DNA from: Eledone cirrhosa
Lineage: Eukaryota
Direction of reading: 5' to 3'
DNA: 64,000 bases
NCBI GenBank assembly: GCA_964016885.1
Contig: OZ024742.1
Coordinates: 48,856,001 to 48,920,000, forward strand
Shown here piece by piece: positions 13,301 to 26,552 of the stretch (the stretch's first letter is position 1; every line of letters begins with the position of its first letter). A program made the position numbers and the translations under genes. Below the pieces are notes generated by a model. The model did not search any database. It had not been told where the DNA came from and saw only the letters and a list, made by a program, of their open reading frames with translations.

Positions 13301-13776
13301 CCCCTATCCGCTAATCCCACACAGTCCCAGCGTGCATCTAAGATCCCGTTCCAGTTGCCCACTAACACTAAAGAGCGGGACGTTCCAAGAAAGGTCTCCA
13401 GACGCCGGAAGAAATCAGGCCGCCCTGCTTCTGTCGGGGCATAGACGGCAACTAGCCTGAAAGCTTGCCCGTCTCCGCTGGTCACGTCTAGCACCACCAA
13501 CTTACATTCTGGATCCAGGAAGATGGCCCGTATGGCGATATCCAAACCTCTCGAAAAAAGCACAGTAGCACCTCCCCCCGATCCAGGACGGCTCGGAGAT
13601 GCGTACACATCGTAGCCGCCGAAGATCGGTGCGAAGGCCCGTGCTTTGCAGATTCTGGTCTCGCTGATGGCCACTACATCTATGTTTAGTGACCTGAGGT
13701 CGTTGAGCAGGTGGCCCTGCTTCCATGACGACCCCAAGCCACGCGTATTTATGCTGCCTATTCTGAGTGAGCTCAT
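10375..13776 (-). pseudogene. ORF2 of element C: AP-endonuclease + reverse transcriptase + C-terminal Cys/His motif, fragmented
   Basis: Motifs: LRIGSINTRGL..DVVAISET; LVAVYAP; GPGYWKLNASL; SPGFDGL; NFRPITLLNKEFKILAKVLAKRL; LINLDQSKDFDRV; SACANDV (degenerate YADD); VKLLGVWFG; CPRCAQGDETLLHALVQC. Multiple stops and frameshifts. Confidence 0.9.
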
Positions 13777-13810
13777 GTTGAAATGGAGTGGAAAAGATGG
13801 GAAAGACCAC

Positions 13811-15770
13811 TTACCTTACTTCTCGTAGAGGAAGGATGGTTTGTCCATCCTTTTCAGAGCTTGTGGTCTCCTCCGCAAGGATGTCCTTATAAATCCTCCT
13901 TGAGAGTGTTTCTCGGAAGTCTCCGATGTCATTGGGGAATTTTTGTTTTAGTGTCGTGTACATTATCTGTGTGATGCGAGTGATTTGTATGTGTGGATGT
14001 GGTGTGAACTTTTGGGTTGTTGTGTAGTCTTTTTCTGTGATGCTGGTGTTGTGCTGCATGTAGTGTAATAATTGGTTGTTGTTCAAATTTAATGCTGCAT
14101 AGTGTGTATCGTTTTGGTTGTTTTGATTTGTTTGCGTTTGTTGTGGGTTTGTTCCTGTTTCGCATTTTGGTGACTTTTGTGGTGTAGGTGATGGTGCTGT
14201 TGGGTTTAATGGTGTAGATGGTGTTGGTGTTTGTGGTGATGGGGTTGGTAATGCTGGTGTGAATGGTGGCATATCTATCCTAACTTTCTTGTTCGATAAT
14301 TTATTTGTTTCCCTCTGTATTTTGTTTTTTGAGGGGGAAGGAAGAGATTTTTTTACTTTTTGGGGTTTCTTTTTTTTTTTTTTTTTCCTGATACCGTTTC
14401 CCACTCATCGTCGTCACAACCTGTCTCCAGTTGCGATAAGCCGGGGAGTGGAAAATCCTCCACAGACGTTGGTTTTGGTTGTGGCGTGGTGGATGGTGTA
14501 GGCGCTGGTGCTAGTTCTGGGGCCTTGGGTGGTGGTAGTGTTGGTTTTGCTACTGTTGCTGGGGTTGTTGCTTTTACAGTTGCTTCTGTTGTTGCTGCTA
14601 CAGTTGTTGCTGCTATTTCTGCTGCTGGTGGTGTTGATGGTTGAGTCACTGGGGTGGGTAAGTGAGGTGGCCTCAACCTTTTAGCCTGAGGGCAGAAAGC
14701 CCTTAGGTGAGTTCCTCACCACAAACGTCACACCTAGGTCTTCTGCCCTCGACGATTACGGTGAGGTGGCTGCCGTCAGTGAGGTCTATTACCTCTGGGA
14801 TCTCTTCAATGCTTTTATGGTCCGCTTGGATCAGGAGCTCCATCCCAGATCCGGACCAGTTCTCCTGCTTTTCTTTTGCTATTTCTATTATTTTGGTGTT
14901 GGCCTCGATGCCGGCGAGGACGGCAACCATTAGCCAGGGAATTTCGATGGCCGGTGGAACGTGGGTCACCCTGATCTTCACAAATCTCTGGCCACAATAG
15001 CTTGGGATGAGTGTGAAGTCGTCACTTCTTAATGGGGCCGTGGAGTGTTTCTGGCCTCCTGTGGTGTTTCAAAGAACACGTCCACGGTTCCAATTTTCTG
15101 CCCACATCTGATGTGGGGCTTTTTTGCCCACACATGTCCCAAAGCTTTTTGGATTTGGGACTCAGATGCCCGTTCCACTCAGCGCGATTTTATGTTTATT
15201 GTCCGATAAGACACGATGCATAGGCGACGTTGCTCCATTTTATTAGGTGGGGGATGAGGCTGACCCTGTACCCATCTTTCTTTACTATTCTTTAGGCTTC
15301 GTCTAATTCTTCCTGAGTTACCTGTATCGCTTCGCACGTTTTTGCTACTCTGGCAAAACTCAGGGTAGTTTTCTTAATTTCATTGTTGCTGTTGTTATTA
15401 TCGTTATTTTTGTTATTGTTAATTTTAGTTTCAGTTGTGGTGGTGGTGGTGGCGTCAGTGGTGTTCGGTGTGGAATAGTTCATTTTGGTTGAATTCATTT
15501 AGATATCATGAGTTAATTTTTTTTTTCTTTTGTTTCTGTTGTCGCTGTGGTGGTGGTGGGGGTGGAGGTTGTCGGGGTGGTGGTGGTGGTGGTGGCGGCT
15601 TTAACACCTGCAGTCATTGGTAATGGCGGGAAATGAACGTCTGCCTGAGACAAATTTAAAATATTGCTACTGCTTACAATTCCAGTGTTGGCAAACGTAG
15701 CAATGTTTACAATGGTGGTGTCGGTGTGAGGTGTTGGATTGTGAGGAAGGAGTGAATCTGAGTCATCCAT
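13811..15770 (-). pseudogene. ORF1 (gag-like) of element C, fragmented
   Basis: Chain of same-strand ORFs upstream of ORF2: T/N-rich N-terminus, LSFARVAK motif, KIRVTHVPPAIE, VEGRRPRCDVCGE followed (with one frameshift) by THLRAFC forming a CX2CX4HX4C knuckle, then a P/T-rich tail. Confidence 0.75.
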
Positions 15771-15986
15771 TATTTTTCAAAGAAAAACATTTTGTTTGAT
15801 AATTATAAAAAGTTTAAATTTTGGGCTCAAGGCCCCAATATTTTTGAGTGTCCTTTTCAGAAATCAATGTATGTGCACTTATATATAGTTAACAATAAAA
15901 ATTTTCCATAAATGGCAATTTTAAATAACTGAAAATAACAAACCTTTGCGGAGCTCACGATGATACGATTTACTACGTAGGTCGCC

Positions 15987-16024
<38 letters not shown>

Positions 16025-16259
16025 TACATAACTAGACGTTTTTCACGACAAATATACTATTATATAACACAATCTAAAGAGGCTAACGAAACTTTGAGAC
16101 GATAAAACCACAAAATAAATCAAAACTTCAACTCAAATATATCAGTGGATACACGTAGATTTATAATAAATGGAACTCGGAATCACAAGTAAAACAGCTC
16201 GTAGTAAGAATACTTAATGAAAGTGAAACAAACCAATTGTCAATATATGAAATGTGAAG

Positions 16260-16440
16260 GGGTGGATTGGCAGTATCGGTAGTAGGTCGGACGCTATGCT
16301 TTGCAGCATAGTTACGTCCCTTTACGTACTGAGTTCAAATCCCACCAAGGTTAAATTTGCCTTTTATCCTTACGGGGTCGATAACATAAAGTACCAGTAA
16401 TACACTAGGTAATTGCTGGCCTTGTGCCAAATGTAGAAAC
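16260..16440 (+). mobile_element. tRNA-derived SINE with ~18-bp TSD
   Basis: GGTGGATTGGCAGTATCGG...GAGTTCAAATCC...GTGCCAAATGTAGAAAC; AATATATGAAATGTGAAG at 16242-16259 and 16441-16458. Confidence 0.9.
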
Positions 16441-17029
16441 AATATATGAAATGTGAAGCTCCTATAAACGAAAATAACACCTCTCACACACAAAATAAGC
16501 GAAAAATGTAAACACCAAGAGGAGATAAGAGAAACATCTACGATGGGTGATCTTTCAATGCCACAATAGAAATAACATAACGGAATTGAAATCAAGGCGT
16601 TATTGTGAAATAAAACAAACAAGAAACATAGAAAAATGGAAAAGATTTCGAAACGCAGAAGACAACAAAATAAGCAATGATCGGAACAATTTAACAGAAA
16701 TAATAATGAAATTAGAGATGATCTGAAACAAAATGAACAAGAGTGAAATAAAACAAAAACTTCAGAAGCTCCGAATAAACATCTATCGCCAGGAAATAAC
16801 ATTCAAACACAACTAGGACTTCTAAGAAATAATTATTTCAACCAAAGCAAATTTAAACAATGGTAGGTTGTATAAATAAATTGTCTCTCTAAATTGGGTG
16901 CTTCTGGGAGAATCCAAATCAATTTTCTATCGGAATAGAAGAAATAAAATATATATTAACCAAATTGATAACGACAAAGTGGTCAGTATTTTACTCAGCG
17001 AAATATGAACGGAAAAGTTAACTATTGAT

Positions 17030-17205
17030 TTCTAAATTAGGCCCACAGCCCAAAAATGTGGGGGAAGAGCAATGTTGATTAAATAAACCCCAGTACTACA
17101 CTTATTCTTCATTATTCCGATCTCGGAAGGATGAAAGGCAAAGGTAACTCTAGTGAATTTTAATTAAGAACCTAAGAGCCAGAAGAAATGGTACATGGCG
17201 TTATA
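17030..17205 (-). mobile_element. Older, diverged SINE of a related subfamily
   Basis: CCCCAGTACT..., GGAAGGATGAAAGGCAAAGG match the SINE core. Confidence 0.6.
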
Positions 17206-17671
17206 AGGAAAATACTAATATAAAAAGCAAAAAAGAAAGGAAGGAAATATGACTAAAATGTAAAATACAAAATTGATGACGACGGTAACATAAAAACAAC
17301 TGTTAGTGTCGAATGCATAATGGATACGATGTTCTGAATAAATGTGCTATGCTATGGTATCTCAAATATAGTCCAAAATAACTGATGGGGATTTTCGGAA
17401 CATAATTGATATGTTTCTCAATTAGAAGGATCTAAAATCTAATTACTTACAAATTTCGATAACGCAATGGTGAATCAAATCAGCCGGGGGATTATGCTAG
17501 AAATAGCAGCAAAATCGCCCTCAAATCAAAATGAAAAAGGAATGCCTTAGACTAAGTAGTTTTATATACAGGCAAAACGATACGATGATCCCGGGTTAAA
17601 AATCAACACCAAAATCGAGTAGTTACAGCAATCAACGAATCACTGTTTCTCATATTCAACATTCGATTTTA

Positions 17672-17704
<33 letters not shown>

Positions 17705-19275
17705 AAATTAGTCCTTCATCTGTGATCTTCCAACCTTCATTGGTATTTCTTCGCTTTAAAGATCATATAACTCTGGTTGGTGCGAGCAATAACTAAAGAA
17801 AGTTATTGGGACACGTAAAATAGGGTGAAGCGAGCGAGACATGTAAACAAACATAGATGGTAATGCAACGGAACGATAGGAAGAGGAGAAACAAGTCCGT
17901 GATATATGTGAACTTAAGTTCTGTGAAATCATAGACGAGGAGAGATACAGATCATCCGACCTGTGTGAGATGTGAGCGAGAAAAGGATTTCACACAGGAC
18001 AAACGGGAGGAAGTGAGAGAGGGGGAGACGCAGAGAGTGAGTGAGTGAAAGTGTGAGGAAGAGGCCAGCGGAGAAATAGTGACTTGCAGAGGGGGTAAAA
18101 AGAAGGTGAGAGATACAGAGAAAGGGGAAGCAGTAAGAAAGAAACAGACAAGTCGCAGCGGAGGAAAAAATATAAATATATGAAAAATGGCGTGATGCGT
18201 GGTTGTACATGGGTTACAAATGAATGAAATTAGTCCTTCATCAGTGATTTTCCAGCCTTAATGGGTATTTCTTCGCTTTAAAGATCATATACCTCTGGTT
18301 GGTGCGAGAAATAACTAAAGAAATTTATTGGGACACGCTCTCTTCGCTGGCCTTTTCCTTACACTTTCACTCACTCACTCTCTGCTTCTACCCCTCTCTC
18401 ACTTCCTTCCGTTTGACCTGTGTGAAATCCTTTTCTCGCTCACATCTCACACAGGTCGGATGGTCTGTATCTCTCCTCGTCTATGATTTCACAGAAGTTA
18501 AGTTCACAGATATCACGGACTTGTTTCGCCTCTTCCTATCTTTCCGTTGCATTACTATCTTTGTTTGTTTACATGTCTCGCTCGCTTCACCCTATTTTAC
18601 GTGTCCCAATAACTTTCTTTGGTTATTGCTCGCACCAACCAGAGGAATATGATGTTTAAAGCGAAGAAATACCAATGAAGGATTGAAGATCACTGATGAA
18701 GAACTAATTTTATTCATATGTAACCCATGTGCAACCACGGAGCACGCCATTTTTCATATATTTATATTTTTTCCTCCACTACGACCTGTCTGTTTCTTTC
18801 TTACTGCTTCCCCTTTCTCTGTATCTCTCACCTTCTTTTTATCCCCTCTGCCAGTCACTCTCTCTCCGCTGGCCTCTTCCTCACACTTTCACTCACTCAC
18901 ACTCTGCTTTTCCCCCCTCTCTCACGTCCGTTTGACCTGTGTGAAACCCTTTTCTCGTTCACATCTCACACAGGTCGGATGGTCTGTATCTCTCCTCGTC
19001 TATGATTTCACAGAACTTAAGTTCACAGATATCACGGACTTGTTTCTCCTCTTCCTATCTTTCCGTTGCATTACTATCTTTGTTTGTTTACATGTCTCGC
19101 TCGCTTCACCCTATTTTACGTGTCCCAATAACTTTCTTTAGTTATTGCTCGCACCAACCAGAGGTATATGATCTTTAAAGCGAAGAAATACCAATGAAGG
19201 CTGGAAGATCACTGATGAAGAACTAATTTTATTCCTATGTAACCCATGTGCAACAACGCAGCACGCCATTTTTCA
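17705..19275. repeat. Composite tandem plus inverted repeat of a ~520-bp unit
   Basis: The unit starts AAATTAGTCCTTCATC at 17705 and again at 18227 (partial, to ~18338). From ~18340 to 19275 the same unit occurs in reverse complement, in tandem about 1.8 times. (TA)n on both flanks. Confidence 0.9.
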
Positions 19276-19286
19276 TATATATATAT

Positions 19287-19472
19287 ATAGGAAAAAGTAT
19301 GACCCCGACGGCAGAGCTCAAGCCGTTTTGACGGCTATTTCAGAAATAGCCGTCGAAACGGCTTGAGCTCTGCCCTCGGGGTCATACGTTTTCCTATTTC
19401 CCACTCTACTACCCTAAGTATTCAGTACTCTGCTGCGTTATGGTCCATCTGGTTCCTTACCACAATTCCTTT

Positions 19473-19475
<3 letters not shown>
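19287..19475 (+). mobile_element. Short hairpin-plus-tail element in (TA)n, family 1
   Basis: ~55-bp arms centred on 19342 (GACGGCTATTTC-A-GAAATAGCCGTC-GAAAC), then a tail CCCACTCTACTACCCTAAGTATTCAGTAC...CCTTACCACAATTCCTT; homologous to 30467, 33671 and 35361. Confidence 0.85.
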
Positions 19476-19542
<67 letters not shown>

Positions 19543-19918
19543 CAGATCAAAAAGAATGGATGCCAAAACTGTACAGACCAATGGACCAATAAAGTTTTTT
19601 GTTTTTTTTTCTGAAATATATATCGATATGACATCAATACACTAAATTGTGAACAACAGGAGAAGAAAACGTTTTGTAAAAAGAAGTAAGAGAAAGATAT
19701 TTCCTTCACCAGATAATTTCTATATATCTTATCACAATCCCTCAACAATAATCAATCATTTCACTTTTCTCCCTCTTATTCTTTCTACACAATTCTGTCT
19801 TTGCATCATTTCGTTTCAACACTTCGATGTCATGTCAAGCAATTTATGTTATTAATAACTAATCTTTTACACAATCTAAACTCACCCGGGAAATAGTCTG
19901 CAGAATGTATACTTCGTT

Positions 19919-20136
<218 letters not shown>

Positions 20137-21099
20137 ATTTCTTATATGTGAATGCATGTATTGTAGATTTGTGTGTGATTTTATGTGTATGTATGTCTGT
20201 GTGTGCGAGGCCAACTTAGACGTGCAATAATATCGATTGATACCAAATACAGGAGTCGAAATAACCGACTAAAACTCTTTTCAATGATGTGTCACTAGAT
20301 ACCTTTCCAAAACTAAAACGAGTAAATTTATTCCAAATTCCTGGATTTGGAGTTTATTCCATTAAGATATAATAAGAAATCACACCAGTACCTCCGTCTT
20401 TCGGCATATGAACAGCACGCCGCCAAATGTTCCTAGAAATCAGATGATGTTACACATATAACATTGCTGGGACCTAAACATGTTGATTAGAACTCCTCAT
20501 TGTGGTCAAAATGTTGTTCAGTCTTGAATAGTTTTTAAACTTTAAAACAACAAGGAAATACTCACGTTGAAGTTAAGCTCACATATTAAGTGCACACACA
20601 TTTAAGACAAAGAAGGAAACACGTCATGCTCATTTGTCATGCTGTCACATCATCCTGAAACCACATTTTACTATTTTAGTTTCAACCAAGGTGCAGTGAT
20701 GATTTTGTTAAAAATTCACCTAATCAGCCTCGAATTAAGAAAAACATCAAATGCCATAATTAAGAGAGAATCATTTATAAAAACGCCCCTACCTTCTCAT
20801 ATAATACATATATTAGTGATATAACGGCATGTTCTAAATCTTAGAGCTTCATAGTTTCTATCCTAAACTCCATCCATCTCTCTGATGCGTGTCACTCAGA
20901 CTCTGTCTTACTTACCATTTCCCCGTATCCCGCATTAGTCACTTCATCGAACCCCATCTTTCCCAACTAAAACTCCCTAAAATAGCTCTCCCCACACAGC
21001 TTTTTCTATGCAGATTTCGAGCCATAGGTAATTAAATTTAACATGAACTGTACTAATATCTCAAGCTTCAGATAACCTACATCGCACATGGTCAGCGTC

Positions 21100-22440
21100 T
21101 CCCCTTCTTTGATTAACGTTCATGTAACAAATTGATTATTGAAGGTATCAGGAAAAGAAACAAAAATCTGATTATGGCATGGATTGACAACATAAACAAC
21201 TTTACGACATTCCACATTTCTTCTTATTGAAAGCAGTGTACATAGATAAATTTGTATTAATCCTCTAGCAGCATATCAACCACATTGTTTGAAAACAGAA
21301 AACATCAATAACACTACAAAATAAATACGTGTTAAGATACTGTCCAAATAAGAAGATTTATTATTCTACGAGATTTCCTATTCAAAGTATGTCTGTCTAG
21401 CGCTAATTCCATCAACACATGTGTTAAATCAAATAACTTGTGGTTAAATTTGACGTGGACAAAGTATAAGCTCTCCCTTCCATATAGAGGGTTTAAACTA
21501 TATAACAGAGGCAACAACTAACTGAAATACCTACTGAAATACATACAAAGATTGCACAATTATATAACAACGAGTGCGGGGTTAAAAAAATTAGTGAAAT
21601 ATATTCTAAAACAGGCTATCTAATAAAACTTCAAAGGCGAGAATTAAAATAGAACCATTCATACAAGTAGTTATAAGTATATGAAACTGAGGAGATGTGA
21701 AATGAAGGGGAGATTTCAAAACTAGAATGACAGAAGATTCAAACTAATATTGAAAGATCACTCAATTCCATAAATACGGTTATAGATATAGATGCAGTTA
21801 ACATAATCACTATCATCTACGAAAGCTTCAATACAATACGGTAAGTGTTAAGGGAACTAAAGAGAGTAGATAGAACAACTATGGAAGCTATTCATTATAT
21901 TCTGAACACGTCACCCTAAAGCTAATGATATAGATATTTATTTATAATACACATTTGACAACACACACAACTGAATACAAAGAGAGAACCAACTATTACA
22001 GAGTAACCTTCGTATGTCTGGAATAATACTAATGAAGTAAACAAAAAATGACTGATTAGTTAGTGTAATAGAGCAGCATAACAATCTAAGCAAAAACGAA
22101 AATAAGCTTATGTATGACTACGTTATAAACTAGAAACTACAATTTAATTACATAGAGGGTAACAATTTAGATAAAATCAAAACAACAGATGAGATGAAAA
22201 AATATTAAATTGAAACAGCACTCCAAAAACATAAGGAAAATATAAAGAAAAATCTATTTACAGTCAGTATCCTACTGAGTATGTAGGTCAAAGCAGTGTG
22301 CAATACTTTGAGTAAATATTGAAATGCAAATTATGATGTTAACTGTCAATATCCTTGATTATTCACTGAAAATACCCATCAAAATGAAATTATGAAACCA
22401 TAGGCTCACTTCAATAAGATACGCAACATAATACTAGTAA
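21100..22440 (+). pseudogene. Heavily degraded R4/Dong-type RT relic
   Basis: Remnant motifs KLIIEGIRKRNKNLIMAWID (~21130-21190), a YKYM-like block (~21673), DAVNIITI (~21790) and ELKRVDRTTMEA (~21855), colinear with elements A and B; many stops. Confidence 0.65.
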
Positions 22441-22747
22441 TAATTGACAAGTAATAATTAACCATATGAAACCACCGTGAAAAACCTTAAATGTTTTATA
22501 TTTGAATTAAAAAATAATACGCCTTCAAACATCTATTACCATCTAACACTCTTCTAAAATATAGACCCTTAACTCTTGATGGGGATAGTAGGGGATTCAC
22601 CTGAAATACATCATGTGTTGGGTATTTTAAACTTGGTGAGACCGATCTGTCTCCGGGTATCCTGACAGGCTATATTTTCCAGAGAACGAGAAGAAGAGCG
22701 ACAGATTAAGATTTAACCCTAGTACTGAGCTGATACTTTATTATAAT

Positions 22748-22930
22748 TGTTTCTACTTTTGGCACAAGGCCATCAATTATCCCAGTGCATTACTGGTACT
22801 TTATTTTATCGACCTCGTAAGGATGAAAGGCAAAGTCAACCTCGGCGGGATTTGAACTCAGATCGTAAAGGGACGTAACTATGCTGGAAAGCATGGTGTC
22901 TGACCCTCTACCGATACTGCCAATCCACCG
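22748..22930 (-). mobile_element. tRNA-derived SINE, apparently identical to the copy at 3991-4172
   Basis: I found no difference by eye over 182 bp. Confidence 0.92.
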
Positions 22931-23479
22931 AATGAGATAATTTAGGGAACGATAAAATAAAACTGTATGGCGTCATGCCTAGCCACGGTCATTGGCAGGT
23001 CATCTGTTGTAATGTCAGGTTCGTAGATGGTCATTTGTATGAAGAATATTATAATGTTTTACAAGGATATTATATTTTAGGTTTATAGACAGCGTGGGAT
23101 TAAATTTTCGGAGAATACTTAATACAGGAAAGGAAGCTGGTTGATCTACCTGATTCAAACATTAGCTGAAATAAAAACAAAATGGTTTCTATTCACTGTT
23201 GCAATACCATATTATCTATGGAACGGTGGTGAGATTATAAAATATTCTTTTGTATTTTATGTACAGTTTTGACCTTGCCATATGTAGCAGATGTCAACGA
23301 TCCAAGACTCTCCAATAAATTCTTCGTACAAATTATATTGTTGCAGAGAAACATGTACGAATAACGTATCCCTGAATCAAATCAGAGTAGCAAATATTGT
23401 TTCAGGGAAACTTAACTTACCGAATACTAAGTACACTATTCACTCATGAAGTCGTTTCGATTGTTCCTTGATTTAAATA

Positions 23480-26400
23480 ATCAATTTTCAATGAATTTAT
23501 TTAATGCATATGAACTGATAATTAAGATTATTATAAAGTTCGCATTGAATTTAGAAACTATTTTCAAGCATCTTTATAAAAAGAAGTTTTTACTCTTTAT
23601 GACAACTTTCCGTTTACAGAATGTATTTTTGGATGTGTGGTTTTCATAATTCTAAATATTTGAAAGATGATAAAACGTATTTTCTCGAGGTAACATGCTA
23701 CATTAATGGGTGATCAAACTGGAGAATGATATATGTCATAGGGATTCATTAATGGTTATTTTATGAAAATATATCCCTCAGAAATATATTTGGTGAATAT
23801 TATGTTTGCAGGTTGGCAAGAGACATGCATAAGCGCATTCAAACTAATAGCATTGTGAAATTGTAAATCTATGCGTGTATTGTTATTAAACATCTTCATA
23901 GAAAGCAGGAAATATTAATAGCGAAGATATGGGAATTTCTTCCAACAACAAAATGTTCCTGCTGTCAAATCGTGTCCTCAATATATCCACCATAAATAGC
24001 TTCGTGGTATGTAATATAGTTTATTTATTCAACGTGATTCATTTTTACTGTAGTCAGCAAGATACAGAGTTGACAATATATTTAGTGATTAGAATAGTAT
24101 AGAGCTAAAATATATTTGCATATATGGTAAAGATGAGAGAAATATTAATTGAAAATCAGTATTTGTCATCGGCAACACCGGAAGATAATCGTAAATGTGA
24201 CTTCCTATTCTTATATTTTGTAGCTTCTTCAAAGAAGAGTGAGCTTCCCATTCGTTGATATAGTTGATCATTTGTTATGTTGTACAAATTAAGTCCGCCA
24301 ACTGATTGGTTTATTTGAGCATCGAATATAATACATCTCCGTGATTTTTTTCAGATCTCTGCGCGCTGAGTTCAAATCCGTTCTAGGTCAACTGTGTTTT
24401 TTATTCTTTTGAGATCGTTAACTGAATTTTCAATCCAGGATGTTGGATTAACTGGATTGTTGGCACCGCCTTAAGTGATTTCTTGTGGAATCTCATTCAA
24501 CTATGTTTGTGATGAGTCCTTCTGGGACGTATAGGGTACTTTGTCTTTCTTTTGGGCAACATCACTGACCAAGAGAAGGAAGACTTGCTTGCCAGAATTA
24601 CTGCTGATTTTCCTTTAAAATAATCTTTTGGTGATACGGATCCTTTGAATAATATGTGCAACGAAAAATCCATGTATTGCGCGGATCAACTCATTTTCTG
24701 TAATATACTGTTTATGATTTCGGTAATTTCATTGCGCTAGAGCAACATCTACATTGTCTGGAGGTTAATAGTTTCAGTATTAATTTACTCCAGGCGAACA
24801 AGGCTACAAGTTAAAATACTTACTGAGCAATGTTGCTTTCATACTTTGATAAATATCGGGGCGTTTTACTTCATTCGTAGACAAACCCAAAGAGAAATAG
24901 AACGCTTTTGCATTTGCCCCCGGCACGTTCACTAAACAACAAAAGCAAGAAAATATTAGTAATTCAATAATATTGTTTTATTTTATTTAAAACACATTTG
25001 AATAAATTACCACTATTCAATATTCTAAATTAATTTATAATTTTGGCACAAGGCCAGCAATTTAGGGAAGAGACAGTAGATTAAATCGACCCCAGTACTT
25101 AAATATTCTAACTATTTATTAGCCTTTCAGCAAATAGACTACTTGACTATGAATAAGCATACTTAATGATTAATAAGATCAGAAAAATTCATTCGGAGTG
25201 ATAGAGGGATGAAATATGTCAGGTAATATTGTATATCACACCAACATGTCCTAAAATTAGTCTATTTACTCAGCAAGGACTCTTTAATTCTTCAACAAAT
25301 TTGCCAGTGGCCACGCCTGGTGAATAAACTAAATGAAAAGGGAAATATCACAGCATATATCCTTCGTACATGCTGATGAACAAAACTCCACCAACTCATC
25401 GAATTAAATGATTTTTGTTTTGTATATCTGAATATATTCAAGCTGTTCTATATCATACTTGTTAAATAAACTTTCACCCATGTTGTTGTTCGTCACACTT
25501 GCCAGCATACAGACATACCATAAATAATTACCAGGAATTCTACTGATTATATATAGTTATCACCAATTTAAAACTCTCTTATTGGTTCCAGCCAGTTAGC
25601 TTAGCTCATATATTTTAGTGTCCAATTATGTGCTGTAATATAGCTCGATTCCCTCGTGGCAGAGAGTGGGGAGGGGGGGGGGGGGATATGCTTATAATAA
25701 CTTATAATCAATGATGACGTTTGAATCTTTTATTTCTTTAATTTCACCTCCCTTCATTTCTATATTTCATATTTTGTTTCCTATATATCATTTTCTTTTA
25801 CCTTTCTTTCTGTTTCATTTTAACCGTCGTTCATTCCATCATCCAGTCATTCTATATATTTATGTATTTATTATTATTCCTTCATAATTTTCACTCACTA
25901 TTTCTTCCTGTCATTATTATATTCCTTCTTTGCTCCCTCCTTCATTTATTCATTCTTTCTTTCATTATATATAGAAATATTAGTACATTATCAACAAGAA
26001 TATCAACAGTAATATCACTTACAAGCTTGCAACAGTTCTTTAAGAAGGATGAGATTTCAGAAATCACAATTTCTTCACCATTTTGTTTTTGTTTTTCTTT
26101 TGAATTTCACAAATTATATTCTATATGTACCATTAGCTTTAACATAAAAGTCCACTTAATCGTCTTCTTTTCTGAAATATGTTTTTCATCAATCGTGAGA
26201 TTCACAGTGAGATATTGCTCGTATAACTGCGGTACTCAGACATTCAGGAAACCTATTCAAATATATTTGTATTTATTCGCATAGGGTGCTGTTCTGAGGT
26301 TAAAAGGGGAGACACAATCGAATTTCTTTGTGTGTTTTAACATAAGAAAGCATTATCAAAAATACATGGGTCATAGATGATGTGTCAGAAATAAACGATT

Positions 26401-26485
26401 ATGGGACGGAAGCTTTCTCTAACAAACACTTCAGAAGCACACACATACACACACACACACACACACGCACACACACACACACACG

Positions 26486-26552
<67 letters not shown>

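Larger units (their letters stand above)
10139..15986 (-). mobile_element. Tx1/L1-clade LINE, full length but mutated (element C), flanked by (TAA)n on both sides
   Basis: Two-ORF layout; AATAAA on the minus strand near 10148-10153 just before the (ATT)n tail; (AAT)n resumes at 15987-16020. Confidence 0.88.

Noticed and set aside
16480-16900. Possible N-terminal Dong relic
   Set aside because: Only vague similarity (KRRRQQNK..IRDDL) and too degraded to call.
18685-18740. Hammerhead in the 520-bp unit (CTGATGA)
   Set aside because: No GAAA after a stem II; GTAAC occupies the approximate position and stem I is not evident.
17929-19141. Hydrophobic ORFs of 93-152 aa in the repeat array
   Set aside because: They come from the pyrimidine-rich strand of the repeat, differ in frame and extent between copies, and show no recognisable domain.
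23091-23232. Candidate exon (TTTTAG...GTGAG)
   Set aside because: Stop codons in all three frames.
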